In this document: positions 1 to 18,500 of the stretch, piece by piece | How the letters are laid out: each line of letters opens with the position of its first letter | How positions within the stretch are numbered: the stretch's first letter is position 1 | DNA from: Bugula neritina | Lineage: Eukaryota; Animalia; Bryozoa | Direction of reading: 5' to 3' | DNA length: 64,000 bases | Assembly (NCBI GenBank): GCA_964035545.1 | Contig: CAXIUT010000230.1 | Span: 992,001-1,056,000, forward strand | Position numbers and translations under genes: made by a program | The notes under the pieces: model-generated | Database searches by the model: none | The model's input: the letters and a program-made list of their open reading frames with translations, nothing else | Told to the model about the DNA's origin: nothing

Positions 1-1243
1 CAACATACTGAAATATAGTGCAAGTGGTGCAACATACTGAAATACACTTTGACATACTGAAATACACTGCAACATACTGCAAGATACTGCAACGTACGGA
101 AAGACAGTGTAACTTATTGAATTACACTGCATCATACTGCAACATACTGAAATACACCTTAACATATCGAAATACACTGCAACATACTGCAACATACTGA
201 AATGCACCGGAACATAATGCAATACCCTGCAACACATTGAAATATACTGCAACAGACTGAAACATAAGGTAACACAATGAAGTATACTGCGACACATTAA
301 AATATACTGCAACATACTAAAATATACTGCAACATACTGAAATGTAATGTAATATACAGAAATGTACTGTAACATACTGAAATATACTGTAACAGACTGA
401 AATATACTCTAACATACCGAAATACACTGTAACATACTGAAATATACTGCAACATACTGCAACATACTGAATTACACTTGAACATAATGAAATACACTGC
501 AACACATTGAAATATACTGCAACATATCGAAATGAATGGTAAACTAGTGTAATATACTGTAACATAATGAAACATACCGGAACATACTGCAACGTAATAA
601 AGTATAGTGTAAAACACTGAAATATGCGGCAACATACCGAAATATACTGCAACACGTTGAAAAATATTGCAACATACTGAAATATACTGCAACCTACTGC
701 AACATACTGAAATACACCGGAACATATTGAACTACACTGCAACACTCTGAAATATACTGCAACACACTGAAACATACGGCAACATACCGAAATAAACTGC
801 GACACGTTGAAAATTACTGCAACATACTGAAATATACTGCGACGCCTTAAAATATACTGCAACATACCGAAATAGACTGCAAGTGGTGCAACATACTGAA
901 ATACACTGTGACTCACTGAAATACACTGCAACATACTGCAACATACTGCAACATACTGAAATATTGTGCGACACATTAAAACTTACTGCAACATATTGAA
1001 ATATACTGCAACATACTGCAACATACTAAAATACACTGCAACACATTAAAATCTACTGCAACATACTGAAACATACTGCAACATACTGAAATACACTGTG
1101 ACACACTGAAATACACTGCAACATACAGCAACATACTGCAACATACTGAATTACACTGGAACATATTGATATACACTGCAACACATTGAAATATACTGCA
1201 ACACACTGAACCATATGGCAACATACGGAAATTTACTGCGACA

Positions 1244-4211
1244 CACTGAAAATTACTGCAACATACGAATTATACTTCAAGTGGTGCAACATACTGAAAT
1301 ACATTGCAACACATTAAAATATACTGCAACATACTGAAACATACTGCAACATACTGAAATATACTGCAACACACTGAAACATACGGCAACATACCGAAAT
1401 AAACTGCGACACGTTGAAAATTACAGCAACATACTGAAATATACTGCGACGCCTTAAAATATACTGCAACATACTGAAATAGACTGCAAGTGGTGCAACA
1501 TACTGAAATACACTGTGACACACTGAAATACACTGCAACATACTGCAACATACTGCAACATACTGAAATATTGTGCGACACATTAAAATATACTGCAACA
1601 TATTGAAATATACTGTAACATACTGCAACATACTAAAATACACTGCAATACAATAAAATGTACTGCAACATACTGAAACATACTGCAACATACTGAAATA
1701 CACTGTGACACATTGAAATACACTGCAACATACTGCAACATACTGCAACATACTGAAATACATTGCAACACATTAAAATATACTGCAACATACTGAAACA
1801 TACTGCAACATACTGAAATATACTGCAACACACTGAAACATACGGCAACATACCGAAATAAACTGCGACACAGTGAAAATTACAGCAACATACTGAAATA
1901 TACTGCGACGCCTTAAAATATACTGCAACATACTGAAATAGACTGCAAGTGCAGCAACATACTGAAATACACTGTGACACACTGAAATACACTGCAACAT
2001 ACTGCAACATACTGCAACATACTGAAATATTGTGCGACACAATAAAATGTACTGCAACATATTGAAATATACTGTAACATACTGCAACATACTAAAATAC
2101 ACTGCAACACATTAAAATATACTGCAACATACTAAAACATACTGCAACATACTGAAGCACACTGTGACACACTGAAATACACTGCAACATACTGCAACAT
2201 ACTGCAACATACTGAATTACACTGGAACATATTGATATACACTGCAACACATTGAAATATACTGCAACAGACTGAAACATATGGCAACATACCAAAATTT
2301 ACTGCGACACACGGAAAAATACTTCAACATACGAATTATACTTCAAGTGGTGCAACATACTAAAATACACTGCAACATACTGAAATACATTGCAACACAT
2401 TAAAATATACTGCAACATACTGCAACATACTGCAACATACTGAAATATTGTGCGACACATTGAAATATACTGCAATGTATTGAAATATACTGTAACATAC
2501 TGCAACATACTAAAATACACTGCAACATACTGAAATACATTGCAACACATTAAAATATATTGCGACATACTGAAACATACTGCAACATGCTGAAATATAC
2601 TGCAACATACTGAAATACACTATCACATATTGAAATATACTGCAACATACTGAATTACACTCTAACATACTGAAATATGCTGTAGCATACTGAAATACAC
2701 TGCAACACACTGAAGTATACTGTAATACACTGAAAATTACTGCAACATACGAATTATACTTCAAGTGGTGCAACATACTGAAATACATTGCAACACATTA
2801 AAATATACTGCAACATACTGAAACATACTGCAACATACTGAAATATACTGCAACACACTGAAACATACGGCAACATACCGAAATAAACTGCGACACGTTG
2901 AAAATTACAGCAACATACTGAAATATACTGCGACGCCTTAAAATATACTGCAACATACTGAAATAGACTGCAAGTGGTGCAACATACTGAAATACACTGT
3001 GACACACTGAAATACACTGCAACATACTGCAACATACTGCAACATACTGAAATATTGTGCGACACATTAAAATATACTGCAACATATTGAAATATACTGT
3101 AACATACTGCAACATACTAAAATACACTGCAATACAATAAAATGTACTGCAACATACTGAAACATACTGCAACATACTGAAATACACTGTGACACATTGA
3201 AATACACTGCAACATACTGCAACATACTGCAACATACTGAAATACATTGCAACACATTAAAATATACTGCAACATACTGAAACATACTGCAACATACTGA
3301 AATATACTGCAACACACTGAAACATACGGCAACATACCGAAATAAACTGCGACACAGTGAAAATTACAGCAACATACTGAAATATACTGCGACGCCTTAA
3401 AATATACTGCAACATACTGAAATAGACTGCAAGTGCAGCAACATACTGAAATACACTGTGACACACTGAAATACACTGCAACATACTGCAACATACTGCA
3501 ACATACTGAAATATTGTGCGACACAATAAAATGTACTGCAACATATTGAAATATACTGTAACATACTGCAACATACTAAAATACACTGCAACACATTAAA
3601 ATATACTGCAACATACTAAAACATACTGCAACATACTGAAGCACACTGTGACACACTGAAATACACTGCAACATACTGCAACATACTGCAACATACTGAA
3701 TTACACTGGAACATATTGATATACACTGCAACACATTGAAATATACTGCAACAGACTGAAACATATGGCAACATACCAAAATTTACTGCGACACACGGAA
3801 AAATACTTCAACATACGAATTATACTTCAAGTGGTGCAACATACTAAAATACACTGCAACATACTGAAATACATTGCAACACATTAAAATATACTGCAAC
3901 ATACTGCAACATACTGCAACATACTGAAATATTGTGCGACACATTGAAATATACTGCAATGTATTGAAATATACTGTAACATACTGCAACATACTAAAAT
4001 ACACTGCAACATACTGAAATACATTGCAACACATTAAAATATATTGCGACATACTGAAACATACTGCAACATGCTGAAATATACTGCAACATACTGAAAT
4101 ACACTATCACATATTGAAATATACTGCAACATACTGAATTACACTCTAACATACTGAAATATGCTGTAGCATACTGAAATACACTGCAACACACTGAAGT
4201 ATACTGTAATA
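1244..4211. repeat. Tandem block duplication, 1484-bp unit x2
   Basis: Identical ORF translations offset by 1484 (1270/2754, 1633/3117, 2299/3783). Junction near 2728. Confidence 0.88.
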
Positions 4212-7200
4212 CACTGAAATGTAATGCAAAATACTGAATTATACTGCAACATAGTGCAACATACTGAAATACACTACAACATACTGCAACATACTGAAAT
4301 ACACTGGAACATATTGAAATACACTGCGACACATTGAAACATACTGCAACATACTGAAATATACTGCAAGATACTGCAACATACTGAAACAGACTGTGAC
4401 ATACTGCAATACACTGCAACATACTGCAAGATACCGCAACCTACTGAAATACACTGTAACATATTGAAATACACTGCATCATACTGCAACATACTGAATT
4501 ACACTGGAACATATTGATATACACTGCAACACATTGAAATATACTGCAACACACTGAAACATACGGCAATTTACCAAAATATACTGCGACACCTTGAAAA
4601 ATACTGCAACATATGAAATATACTGCAAGTGGTGCAACATACTGAAATACAATGTGACACACTGGAATACACTGCAACATACTGCAACATACTGCAACAT
4701 ACTGAAATACACTGTAACATATTGATTTACACTGCATCATACTGCAACATACTGAAAAACACTGGAACATATTGATATACACTGCAACTCATTGAAATAT
4801 ACTGCAACACACTGCAACATACGGCAGCATACCGAAATATACTGCGACACCTTGACAAATACTGCAACATACAGAAATATACTGCAAGTGGGGCAACATA
4901 CTGAAATACACTGTGACATACTGAAATACACTGCAACATACTGCAAGATACTGCAACGTACGGAAATACAGTGTAACTTATTGAATTACACTGCATCATA
5001 CTGCAACATACTGAGATACACTGGAACATATTGATATACATTGCAACACATTGAAATATACTGCAACACACTGAACCATATGACAACATACCGAAATTTA
5101 CTGCGACACACTGAAAAACTTTGCAACATACGAATTATACTTCAAGTGGTGCAACATTCTGAAATACAATGTGACACACTGAAATACACTGCAACATACT
5201 GCAACATACTGCAACATACTGAAACATTGTGCGACACATTAAAATATACTGCGACATACTGAAACATACTGCAACATGCTGAAATATACTGCAACATACT
5301 GAAATACACTATAACATATTGAAATATACTGCAACATACTGAATTACACTCTAACATACTGAAATATGCCGTAGCATACTGAAATACACTGCAACACACT
5401 GAAGTATACTGTAATACACTGAAATGTAATGCAACATACTGAATTATACTGCAACATAGTGCAACATACTGAAATACACTGTGATACACTGAAATACACT
5501 GAAACATAATGCAACATACTGCAACATACTGAAATACACTGTAACATATCTAAATACACTGCAACATACTGCAACATACTGCAACATACTCAAATACACC
5601 GTAACATATCGAAATACACTGCAACATACTGCAGCATACTGAAATGCACCGGAACATGATGGAATACCCTGCAACACATTGAAATATACTGCAACAGACT
5701 GAAACATAAGGTAACACAATGAAGTATACTGCGACACATTAAAATATACTGCAACATACTGAAATATACTGCAACATACTGAAATGTAATGTAATATACA
5801 GAAATGTACTGTAACATACTGAAATATACTGTAACAGACTGAAATATACTCTAACATACCGAAATACGCTGTAACATACTGAAATATACTGCAACATACT
5901 GCAACATGCTGAATTACACTTGAACATAATGAAATACACTGCAACACATTGAAATATACTGCAACATATCGAAATGAATGGTAAACTAGTGTAATATACT
6001 GTAACATAATGAAACATACCGGAACATACTGCAACGTAATAAAGTATAGTGTAACACACTGAAATATGCGGCAACATACCGAAATATACTGCAACACGTT
6101 GAAAAATATTGCAACACTCTGAAATATACTGCAACACACTGAAACATACGGCAACATACCGAAATAAACTGCGACACGTTGAAAATTACTGCAACATACT
6201 GAAATATACTGCGACGCCTCAAAATTTACTGCAACATACTGAAATAGACTGCAAGTGGTGCAACATACTGAAATGCACTGTGACACACTGAAATACACTG
6301 CAACATACTGCAACATACTGCAAAATACTGAAATATTGTGCTACACATTAAATTATACTGCAACATATTGAAATATACTGTAACATACTGCAACATACTA
6401 AAATACACTGCAACACAATAAAATATACTGCAACATACTGAAACATACTGCAACATACTGAAATACACTGTGACACATTGAAATACACTGCAACATACTG
6501 CAACATACTGAAATACATTGCAACACATTTAAATATACTGCAACTTACTGAAACATACTGCAACATACTGAAATATACTGCAACACACTGAAACATACGG
6601 CAACATACCGAAATAAACTACGACACGTTGAAAATTACTGCAACATACTGAAATATACTGCGACGCCTTAAAATATACTGCAACATACTGAAATAGACTG
6701 CAAGTGGTGCAACATACTGAAATACACTGTGACACACTGAAATACACTGCAACATACTGCAACATACTGAAACATTGTGCGACACAATAAAATGTACTGC
6801 AACATATTAAAATATACTGTAACATACTGCAACATACTAAAATACACTGCAACACATTAAAATATACTGCAACATACTGAAACATACTGCAACATACTGA
6901 AGCACACTGTGACACACTGAAATTTATTGCAACATACTGCAACATACTGCAACATACTGAATTACACTGGAACATATTGATATACACTGCAACACATTGA
7001 AATATACTGCAACACACTGAACCATATGGCAACATACCGAAATTTCCTGCGACACACTGAAAAACACTGCAACATACGAATTATACTTCAAGTGGTGCAA
7101 CATACTGAAATACAATGTGACACACTGAAATACACTGCAACATGCTGCAACATACTGCAACATACTGAAATATTGTGCGACACATTGAAATATACTGCAA

Positions 7201-8069
7201 CGTATTGAAATATACTGTAACATACTGCAACATACTAAAATACACTGCAACATACTGAAATACATTGCAACACATTAAAATATATTGCGACATACTTAAA
7301 CATACTGCAACATGCTGAAATATACTGCAACATACTGAAATACACTATCACATATTGAAATATACTGCAACATACTGAATTACACTCTAACATACTGAAA
7401 TATGCTGTAGCATACTGAAATACACTGCAACACACTGAAGTATACTGTAATACACTGAAATGTAGTGCAACATACTGATTTATACTGCAACATAGTGCAA
7501 CATACTGAAATACACTACAACATACTGCAACATACTGAAATGTAATGTAATATACAGAAATGTACCGTAACATACTGAAATATACTGTAACGGACTGAAA
7601 CATACTCTAACATACCGAAATACGCTGTAACATACTGAAATATACTGCAACATACTGCAACATATTGAATTACACTTGAACATAATGAAATACACTGCAA
7701 CACATTGAAATATACTGCAACATATCGAAATGAATGGTAAACTAGTGTAACATACTGTAACATAATCAAACATACCGGAATATACTGCAACATAATGAAG
7801 TATAGTGTAACACACTGAAATATGCGGCAACATACCGAAATATACTTCAACACGTTGAAAAATATTGCAACATACTGAAATATACTGCAACAGACTGCAA
7901 CATACTGAAATACACTGGAACATATTGAAATACACTGCAACACTCTGAAATATACTGCAACACACTGAAACATACGGCAACATACCGAATTAAACTGCGA
8001 CACGTTGAAAATTACTGCAACATACTGAAATATACTGCGACGCCTTAAAATATACTGCAACATACTGAA

Positions 8070-9200
8070 ATAGACTGCAAGTGGTGCAACATAGTGAAAT
8101 ACACTGTGACACACTGAATTACACTGCAACATACTGCAACATACTGCAACATACTGAAATATTGTGCGACACAACAAAATATACTGCAACATATTGAAAT
8201 ATACTGTAACATACTGCAACATACTAAAATACACTGCAACACAATAAAATATACTGCAACATACTGAAACATCCTGCAACATACTGAAATACACTGTGAC
8301 ACATTGAAATACACTGCAACATACTGCAACATACTGCAACATACTGAAATACATTGCAACACATTTAAATATACTGCAACTTACTGAAACATACTGCAAC
8401 ATACTGAAATATACTGAAACACACTGAAACACACGGCAACATACCGAAATAAACTGCGACACGTTGAAAATTACTGCAACATACTGAAATAGACTGCAAG
8501 TGGTGCAACATACTGAAATACACTGTGACACACTGAAATACACTGCAACATACTGCAACATACTGCAACATACTGAAATATTGTGCGACACATTAAAATA
8601 TACTGCAACATATTGAAATATACTGTAACATACTGCAACATACTAAAATACACTGCAACACAATAAAATATACTGCAACATACTGAAACATACTGCAACA
8701 TACTGAAATACACTGTGACACATTGAAATACACTGCAACATACTGCAACATACTGCAACATACTGAAATACATTGCAACACATTTAAATATACTGCAACT
8801 TACTGAAACATACTGCAACATACTGAAATATACTGCAACACACTGAAACACACGGCAACATACCGAAATAAACTGCGACACGTTGAAAATTACTGCAACA
8901 TACTGAAATAGACTGCAAGTGGTGCAACATACTGAAATACACTGTGACACACTGAAATACACTGCAACATACTGCAACATACTGCAACATACTGAAATAT
9001 TGTGCGACACATTAAAATATACTGCAACATATTGAAATATACTGTAACATACTGCAACATACTAAAATACACTGCAACACAATAAAATGTACTGCAACAT
9101 ACTGAAACATACTGCAACATACTGAAATACACTGTGACACATTGAAATACACTGCAACATACTGCAACATACTGCAACATACTGAAATACATTGCAACAC
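8070..9200. repeat. 419-bp tandem sub-repeat (~2.7 copies)
   Basis: CAAGTGG landmarks at about 8078, 8497 and 8916. ORFs 8365/8784 and 8593/9012 are offset by 419. Confidence 0.8.
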
Positions 9201-12200
9201 ATTAAAATATACTGCAACATACTGAAACATACTGCAACATACTGAAATATACTGCAACACACTGAAACATACGGCAACATACCGAAATAAACTGCGACAC
9301 AGTGAAAATTACAGCAACATACTGAAATATACTGCGACGCCTTAAAATATACTGCAACATACTGAAATAGACTGCAAGTGCAGCAACATACTGAAATACA
9401 CTGTGACACACTGAAATACACTGCAACATACTGCAACATACTGCAACATACTGAAATATTGTGCGACACAATAAAATGTACTGCAACATATTGAAATATA
9501 CTGTAACATACTGCAACATACTAAAATACACTGCAACACATTAAAATATACTGCAACATACTAAAACATACTGCAACATACTGAAGCACACTGTGACACA
9601 CTGAAATACACTGCAACATACTGCAACATACTGCAACATACTGAATTACACTGGAACATATTGATATACACTGCAACACATTGAAATATACTGCAACAGA
9701 CTGAAACATATGGCAACATACCAAAATTTACTGCGACACACGGAAAAATACTTCAACATACGAATTATACTTCAAGTGGTGCAACATACTAAAATACACT
9801 GCAACATACTGAAATACATTGCAACACATTAATATATACTGCAACATACTGCAACATACTGCAACATACTGAAATATTGTGCGACACATTGAAATATACT
9901 GCAATGTATTGAAATATACTGTAACATACTGCAACATACTAAAATACACTGCAACATACTGAAATACATTGCAACACATTAAAATATATTGCGACATATT
10001 GAAACATACTGCAACATGCTGAAATATACTGCAACATACTGAAATACACTATCACATATTGAAATATACTGCAACATACTGAATTACACTCTAACATACT
10101 GAAATATGCTGTAGCATACTGAAATACACTGCAACACACTGAAGTATACTGTAATACACTGAAATGTAATGCAAAATACTGAATTATACTGCAACATAGT
10201 GCAACATACTGAAATACACTACAACATACTGCAACATACTGAAATACACTGGAACATATTGAAATACACTGCGACACATTGAAACATACTGCAACATACT
10301 GAAATATACTGCAAGATACTGCAACATACTGAAACAGACTGTGACATACTGAAATACACTGCAACATACTGCAAGATACCGCAACCTACTGAAATACACT
10401 GTAACATATTGAAATACACTGCATCATACTGCAACATACTGAATTACACTGGAACATATTGATATACACTGCAACACATTGAAATATACTGCAACACACT
10501 GAAACATACGGCAATTTACCAAAATATACTGCGACACCTTGAAAAATACTGCAACATATGAAATATACTGCAAGTGGTGCAACATACTGAAATACAATGT
10601 GACACACTGGAATACACTGCAACATACTGCAACATACTGCAACATACTGAAATACACTGTAACATATTGATTTACACTGCATCATACTGCAACATACTGA
10701 AAAACACTGGAACATATTGATATACACTGCAACTCATTGAAATATACTGCAACACACTGCAACATACGGCAGCATACCGAAATATACTGCGACACCTTGA
10801 CAAATACTGCAACATACAGAAATATACTGCAAGTGGGGCAACATACTGAAATACACTGTGACATACTGAAATACACTGCAACATACTGCAAGATACTGCA
10901 ACGTACGGAAATACAGTGTAACTCATTGAATTACACTGCATCATACTGCAACATACTGAGATACACTGGAACATATTGATATACATTGCAACACATTGAA
11001 ATATACTGCAACACACTGAACCATATGACAACATACCGAAATTTACTGCGACACACTGAAAAACTTTGCAACATACGAATTATACTTCAAGTGGTGCAAC
11101 ATTCTGAAATACAATGTGACACACTGAAATACACTGCAACATACTGCAACATACTGCAACATACTGAAATATTGTGCGACACATTGAAATTTACTGCAAC
11201 ATATTGAAATATACTGTAACATACTGCAACATACTAAAATACACTGCAACATACTGAAATACATTGCAACACATTAAAATATACTGCGACATACTGAAAC
11301 ATACTGCAACATGCTGAAATATACTGCAACATACTGAAATACACTATAACATATTGAAATATACTGCAACATACTGAATTACACTCTAACATACTGAAAT
11401 ATGCCGTAGCATACTGAAATACACTGCAACACACTGAAGTATACTGTAATACACTGAAATGTAATGCAACATACTGAATTATACTGCAACATAGTGCAAC
11501 ATACTGAAATACACTGTGACACACTGAAATACACTGAAACATAATGCAACATACTGCAACACACTGAAATACACTGTAACATATCTAAATACACTGCAAC
11601 ATACTGCAACATACTACAACATACTCAAATACACCGTAACATATCGAAATACACTGCAACATACTGCAGCATACTGAAATGCACTGCAACACAATAAAAT
11701 ATACTGCAACATACTGAAACATACTGCAACATACTGAAAAACACTGTGACACATTGAAATACACTGCAACATACTGCAACATACTGCAACATACTGAAAT
11801 ACATTGCAACACATTTAAATATACTGCAACTTACTGAAACATACTGCAACATACTGAAATATACTGCAACACACTGAAACACACGGCAACATACCGAAAT
11901 AAACTGCGACACGTTGAAAATTACTGCAACATACTGAAATAGACTGCAAGTGGTGCAACATACTGAAATACACTGTGACACACTGAAATACACTGCAACA
12001 TACTGCAACATACTGCAACATACTGAAATATTGTGCGACACATTAAAATATACTGCAACATATTGAAATATACTGTAACATACTGCAACATACTAAAATA
12101 CACTGCAACACAATAAAATGTACTGCAACATACTGAAACATACTGCAACATACTGAAATACACTGTGACACATTGAAATACACTGCAACATACTGCAACA

Positions 12201-14715
12201 TACTGCAACATACTGAAATACATTGCAACACATTAAAATATACTGCAACATACTGAAACATACTGCAACATACTGAAATATACTGCAACACACTGAAACA
12301 TACGGCAACATACCGAAATAAACTGCGACACAGTGAAAATTACAGCAACATACTGAAATATACTGCGACGCCTTAAAATATACTGCAACATACTGAAATA
12401 GACTGCAAGTGCAGCAACATACTGAAATACACTGTGACACACTGAAATACACTGCAACATACTGCAACATACTGCAACATACTGAAATATTGTGCGACAC
12501 AATAAAATGTACTGCAATATATTGAAATATACTGTAACATACTGCAACATACTAAAATACACTGCAACACATTAAAATATACTGCAACAGACTAAAACAT
12601 ACTGCAACATACTGAAGCACACTGTGACACACTGAAATACACTGCAACATACTGCAACATACTGCAACATACTGAATTACACTGGAACATATTGATATAC
12701 ACTGCAACACATTGAAATATACTGCAACAGACTGAAACATATGGCAACATACCAAAATTTACTGCGACACACGGAAAAATACTTCAACATACGAATTATA
12801 CTTCAAGTGGTGCAACATACTAAAATACACTGCAACATACTGAAATACATTGCAACACATTAATATATACTGCAACATACTGCAACATACTGCAACATAC
12901 TGAAATATTGTGCGACACATTGAAATATACTGCAATGTATTGAAATATACTGTAACATACTGCAACATACTAAAATACACTGCAACATACTGAAATACAT
13001 TGCAACACATTAAAATATATTGCGACATACTGAAACATACTGCAACATGCTGAAATATACTGCAACATACTGAAATACACTATCACATATTGAAATATAC
13101 TGCAACATACTGAATTACACTCTAACATACTGAAATATGCTGTAGCATACTGAAATACACTGCAACACACTGAAGTATACTGTAATACACTGAAATGTAA
13201 TGCAAAATACTGAATTATACTGCAACATAGTGCAACATACTGAAATACACTACAACATACTGCAACATACTGAAATACACTGGAACATATTGAAATACAC
13301 TGCGACACATTGAAACATACTGCAACATACTGAAATATACTGCAAGATACTGCAACATACTGAAACAGACTGTGACATACTGAAATACACTGCAACATAC
13401 TGCAAGATACCGCAACCTACTGAAATACACTGTAACATATTGAAATACACTGCATCATACTGCAACATACTGAATTACACTGGAACATATTGATATACAC
13501 TGCAACACATTGAAATATACGGCAACACACTGAAACATACGGCAATTTACCAAAATATACTGCGACACCTTGAAAAATACTGCAACATATGAAATATACT
13601 GCAAGTGGTGCAACATACTGAAATACAATGTGACACACTGGAATACACTGCAACATACTGCAACATACTGCAACATACTGAAATACACTGTAACATATTG
13701 ATTTACACTGCATCATACTGCAACATACTGAAAAACACTGGAACATATTGATATACACTGCAACTCATTGAAATATACTGCAACACACTGCAACATACGG
13801 CAGCATACGGAAATATACTGCGACACCTTGACAAATACTGCAACATACAGAAATATACTGCAAGTGGGGCAACATACTGAAATACACTGTGACATACTGA
13901 AATACACTGCAACATACTGCAAGATACTGCAACGTACGGAAATACAGTGTAACTTATTGAATTACACTGCATCATACTGCAACATACTGAGATACACTGG
14001 AACATATTGATATACATTGCAACACATTGAAATATACTGCAACACACTGAACCATATGACAACATACCGAAATTTACTGCGACACACTGAAAAACTTTGC
14101 AACATACGAATTATACTTCAAGTGGTGCAACATTCTGAAATACAATGTGACACACTGAAATACACTGCAACATACTGCAACATACTGCAACATACTGAAA
14201 TATTGTGCGACACATCGAAATTTACTGCAACATATTGAAATATACTGTAACATACTGCAACATACTAAAATACACTGCAACATACTGAAATACATTGCAA
14301 CACATTAAAATATACTGCGACATACTGAAACATACTGCAACATGCTGAAATATACTGCAACATACTGAAATACACTATAACATATTGAAATATACTGCAA
14401 CATACTGAATTACACTCTAACATACTGAAATATGCCGTAGCATACTGAAATACACTGCAACACACTGAAGTATACTGTAATACACTGAAATGTAATGCAA
14501 CATACTGAATTATACTGCAACATAGTGCAACATACTGAAATACACTGTGACACACTGAAATACACTGAAACATAATGCAACATACTGCAACATACTGAAA
14601 TACACTGTAACATATCTAAATACACTGCAACATACTGCAACATACTACAACATACTCAAATACACCGTAACATATCGAAATACACTGCAACATACTGCAG
14701 CATACTGAAATGCAC
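8654..14715. repeat. Tandem block duplication, 3031-bp unit x2
   Basis: ORFs offset by 3031 (8784/11815, 9062/12093, 10672/13703, 11379/14410). Junction near 11685. Confidence 0.88.
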
Positions 14716-15519
14716 CGGAACATAATGGAATACCCTGCAACACATTGAAATATACTGCAACAGACTGAAACATAAGGTAACACAATGAAGTATACTGCGA
14801 CACATTAAAATATACTGCAACATACTGAAATATACTGCAACATACTGAAATGTAATGTAATATACAGAAATGTACTGTAACATACTGAAATATACTGTAA
14901 CAGACTGAAATATACTCTAACATACCGAAATACGCTGTAACATACTGAAATATACTGCAACATACTGCAACATGCTGAATTACACTTGAACATAATGAAA
15001 TACACTGCAACACATTGAAATATACTGCAACATATCGAAATGAATGGTAAACTAGTGTAATATACTGTAACATAATGAAACATACCGGAACATACTGCAA
15101 CGTAATAAAGTATAGTGTAACACACTGAAATATGCGGCAACATACCGAAATATACTGCAACACGTTGAAAAATATTGCAACACTCTGAAATATACTGCAA
15201 CACACTGAAACATACGGCAACATACCGAAATAAACTGCGACACGTTGAAAATTACTGCAACATACTGAAATATACTGCGACGCCTTAAAATTTACTGCAA
15301 CATACTGAAATAGACTGCAAGTGGTGCAACATACTGAAATGCACTGTGACACACTGAAATACACTGCAACATACTGCAACATACTGCAAAATACTGAAAT
15401 ATTGTGCGACACATTAAAATATACTGCAACATATTGAAATATACTGTAACATACTGCAACATACTAAAATACACTGCAACACAATAAAATATACTGCAAC
15501 ATACTGAAACATACTGCAA

Positions 15520-18500
15520 CATACTGAAATACACTGTGACACATTGAAATACACTGCAACATACTGCAACATACTGAAATACATTGCAACACATTTAAAT
15601 ATACTGCAACTTACTGAAACATACTGCAACATACTGAAATATACTGCAACACACTGAAACATACGGCAACATACCGAAATAAACTACGACACGTTGAAAA
15701 TTACTGCAACATACTGAAATATACTGCGACGCCTTAAAATATACTGCAACATACTGAAATAGACTGCAAGTGGTGCAACATACTGAAATACACTGTGACA
15801 CACTGAAATACACTGCAACATACTGCAACATACTGAAATATTGTGCGACACAATAAAATGTACTGCAACATATTAAAATATACTGTAACATACTGCAACA
15901 TACTAAAATACACTGCAACACATTAAAATATACTGCAACATACTGAAACATACTGCAACATACTGAAGCACACTGTGACACACTGAAATTTATTGCAACA
16001 TACTGCAACATACTGCAACATACTGAATTACACTGGAACATATTGATATACACTGCAACACATTGAAATATACTGCAACACACTGAACCATATGGCAACA
16101 TACCGAAATTTCCTGCGACACACTGAAAAACACTGCAACATACGAATTATACTTCAAGTGGTGCAACATACTGAAATACAATGTGACACACTGAAATACA
16201 CTGCAACATGCTGCAACATACTGCAACATACTGAAATATTGTGCGACACATTGAAATATACTGCAACGTATTGAAATATACTGTAACATACTGCAACATA
16301 CTAAAATACACTGCAACATACTGAAATACATTGCAACACATTAAAATATATTGCGACATACTTAAACATACTGCAACATGCTGAAATATACTGCAACATA
16401 CTGAAATACACTATCACATATTGAAATATACTGCAACATACTGAATTACACTCTAACATACTGAAATATGCTGTAGCATACTGAAATACACTGCAACACA
16501 CTGAAGTATACTGTAATACACTGAAATGTAGTGCAACATACTGATTTATACTGCAACATAGTGCAACATACTGAAATACACTACAACATACTGCAACATA
16601 CTGAAATGTAATGTAATATACAGAAATGTACCGTAACATACTGAAATATACTGTAACGGACTGAAACATACTCTAACATACCGAAATACGCTGTAACATA
16701 CTGAAATATACTGCAACATACTGCAACATATTGAATTACACTTGAACATAATGAAATACACTGCAACACATTGAAATATACTGCAACATATCGAAATGAA
16801 TGGTAAACTAGTGTAACATACTGTAACATAATCAAACATACCGGAATATACTGCAACGTAATGAAGTATAGTGTAACACACTGAAATATGCGGCAACATA
16901 CCGAAATATACTTCAACACGTTGAAAAATATTGCAACATACTGAAATATACTGCAACAGACTGCAACATACTGAAATACACTGGAACATATTGAAATACA
17001 CTGCAACACTCTGAAATATACTGCAACACACTGAAACATACGGCAACATACCGAATTAAACTGCGACACGTTGAAAATTACTGCAACATACTGAAATATA
17101 CTGCGACGCCTTAAAATATACTGCAACATACTGAAATAGACTGCAAGTGGTGCAACATAGTGAAATACACTGTGACACACTGAATTACACTGCAACATAC
17201 TGCAACATACTGCAACATACTGAAATACACTGTGACACATTGAAATACACTGCAACATACTGCAACATACTGAAATACATTGCAACACATTTAAATATAC
17301 TGCAACTTACTGAAACATACTGCAACATACTGAAATATACTGCAACACACTGAAACATACGGCAACATACCGAAATAAACTACGACACGTTGAAAATTAC
17401 TGCAACATACTGAAATATACTGCGACGCCTTAAAATATACTGCAACATACTGAAATAGACTGCAAGTGGTGCAACATACTGAAATACACTGTGACACACT
17501 GAAATACACTGCAACATACTGCAACATACTGAAATATTGTGCGACACAATAAAATGTACTGCAACATATTAAAATATACTGTAACATACTGCAACATACT
17601 AAAATACACTGCAACACATTAAAATATACTGCAACATACTGAAACATACTGCAACATACTGAAGCACACTGTGACACACTGAAATTTATTGCAACATACT
17701 GCAACATACTGCAACATACTGAATTACACTGGAACATATTGATATACACTGCAACACATTGAAATATACTGCAACACACTGAACCATATGGCAACATACC
17801 GAAATTTCCTGCGACACACTGAAAAACACTGCAACATACGAATTATACTTCAAGTGGTGCAACATACTGAAATACAATGTGACACACTGAAATACACTGC
17901 AACATGCTGCAACATACTGCAACATACTGAAATATTGTGCGACACATTGAAATATACTGCAACGTATTGAAATATACTGTAACATACTGCAACATACTAA
18001 AATACACTGCAACATACTGAAATACATTGCAACACATTAAAATATATTGCGACATACTTAAACATACTGCAACATGCTGAAATATACTGCAACATACTGA
18101 AATACACTATCACATATTGAAATATACTGCAACATACTGAATTACACTCTAACATACTGAAATATGCTGTAGCATACTGAAATACACTGCAACACACTGA
18201 AGTATACTGTAATACACTGAAATGTAGTGCAACATACTGATTTATACTGCAACATAGTGCAACATACTGAAATACACTACAACATACTGCAACATACTGA
18301 AATGTAATGTAATATACAGAAATGTACCGTAACATACTGAAATATACTGTAACGGACTGAAACATACTCTAACATACCGAAATACGCTGTAACATACTGA
18401 AATATACTGCAACATACTGCAACATATTGAATTACACTTGAACATAATGAAATACACTGCAACACATTGAAATATACTGCAACATATCGAAATGAATGGT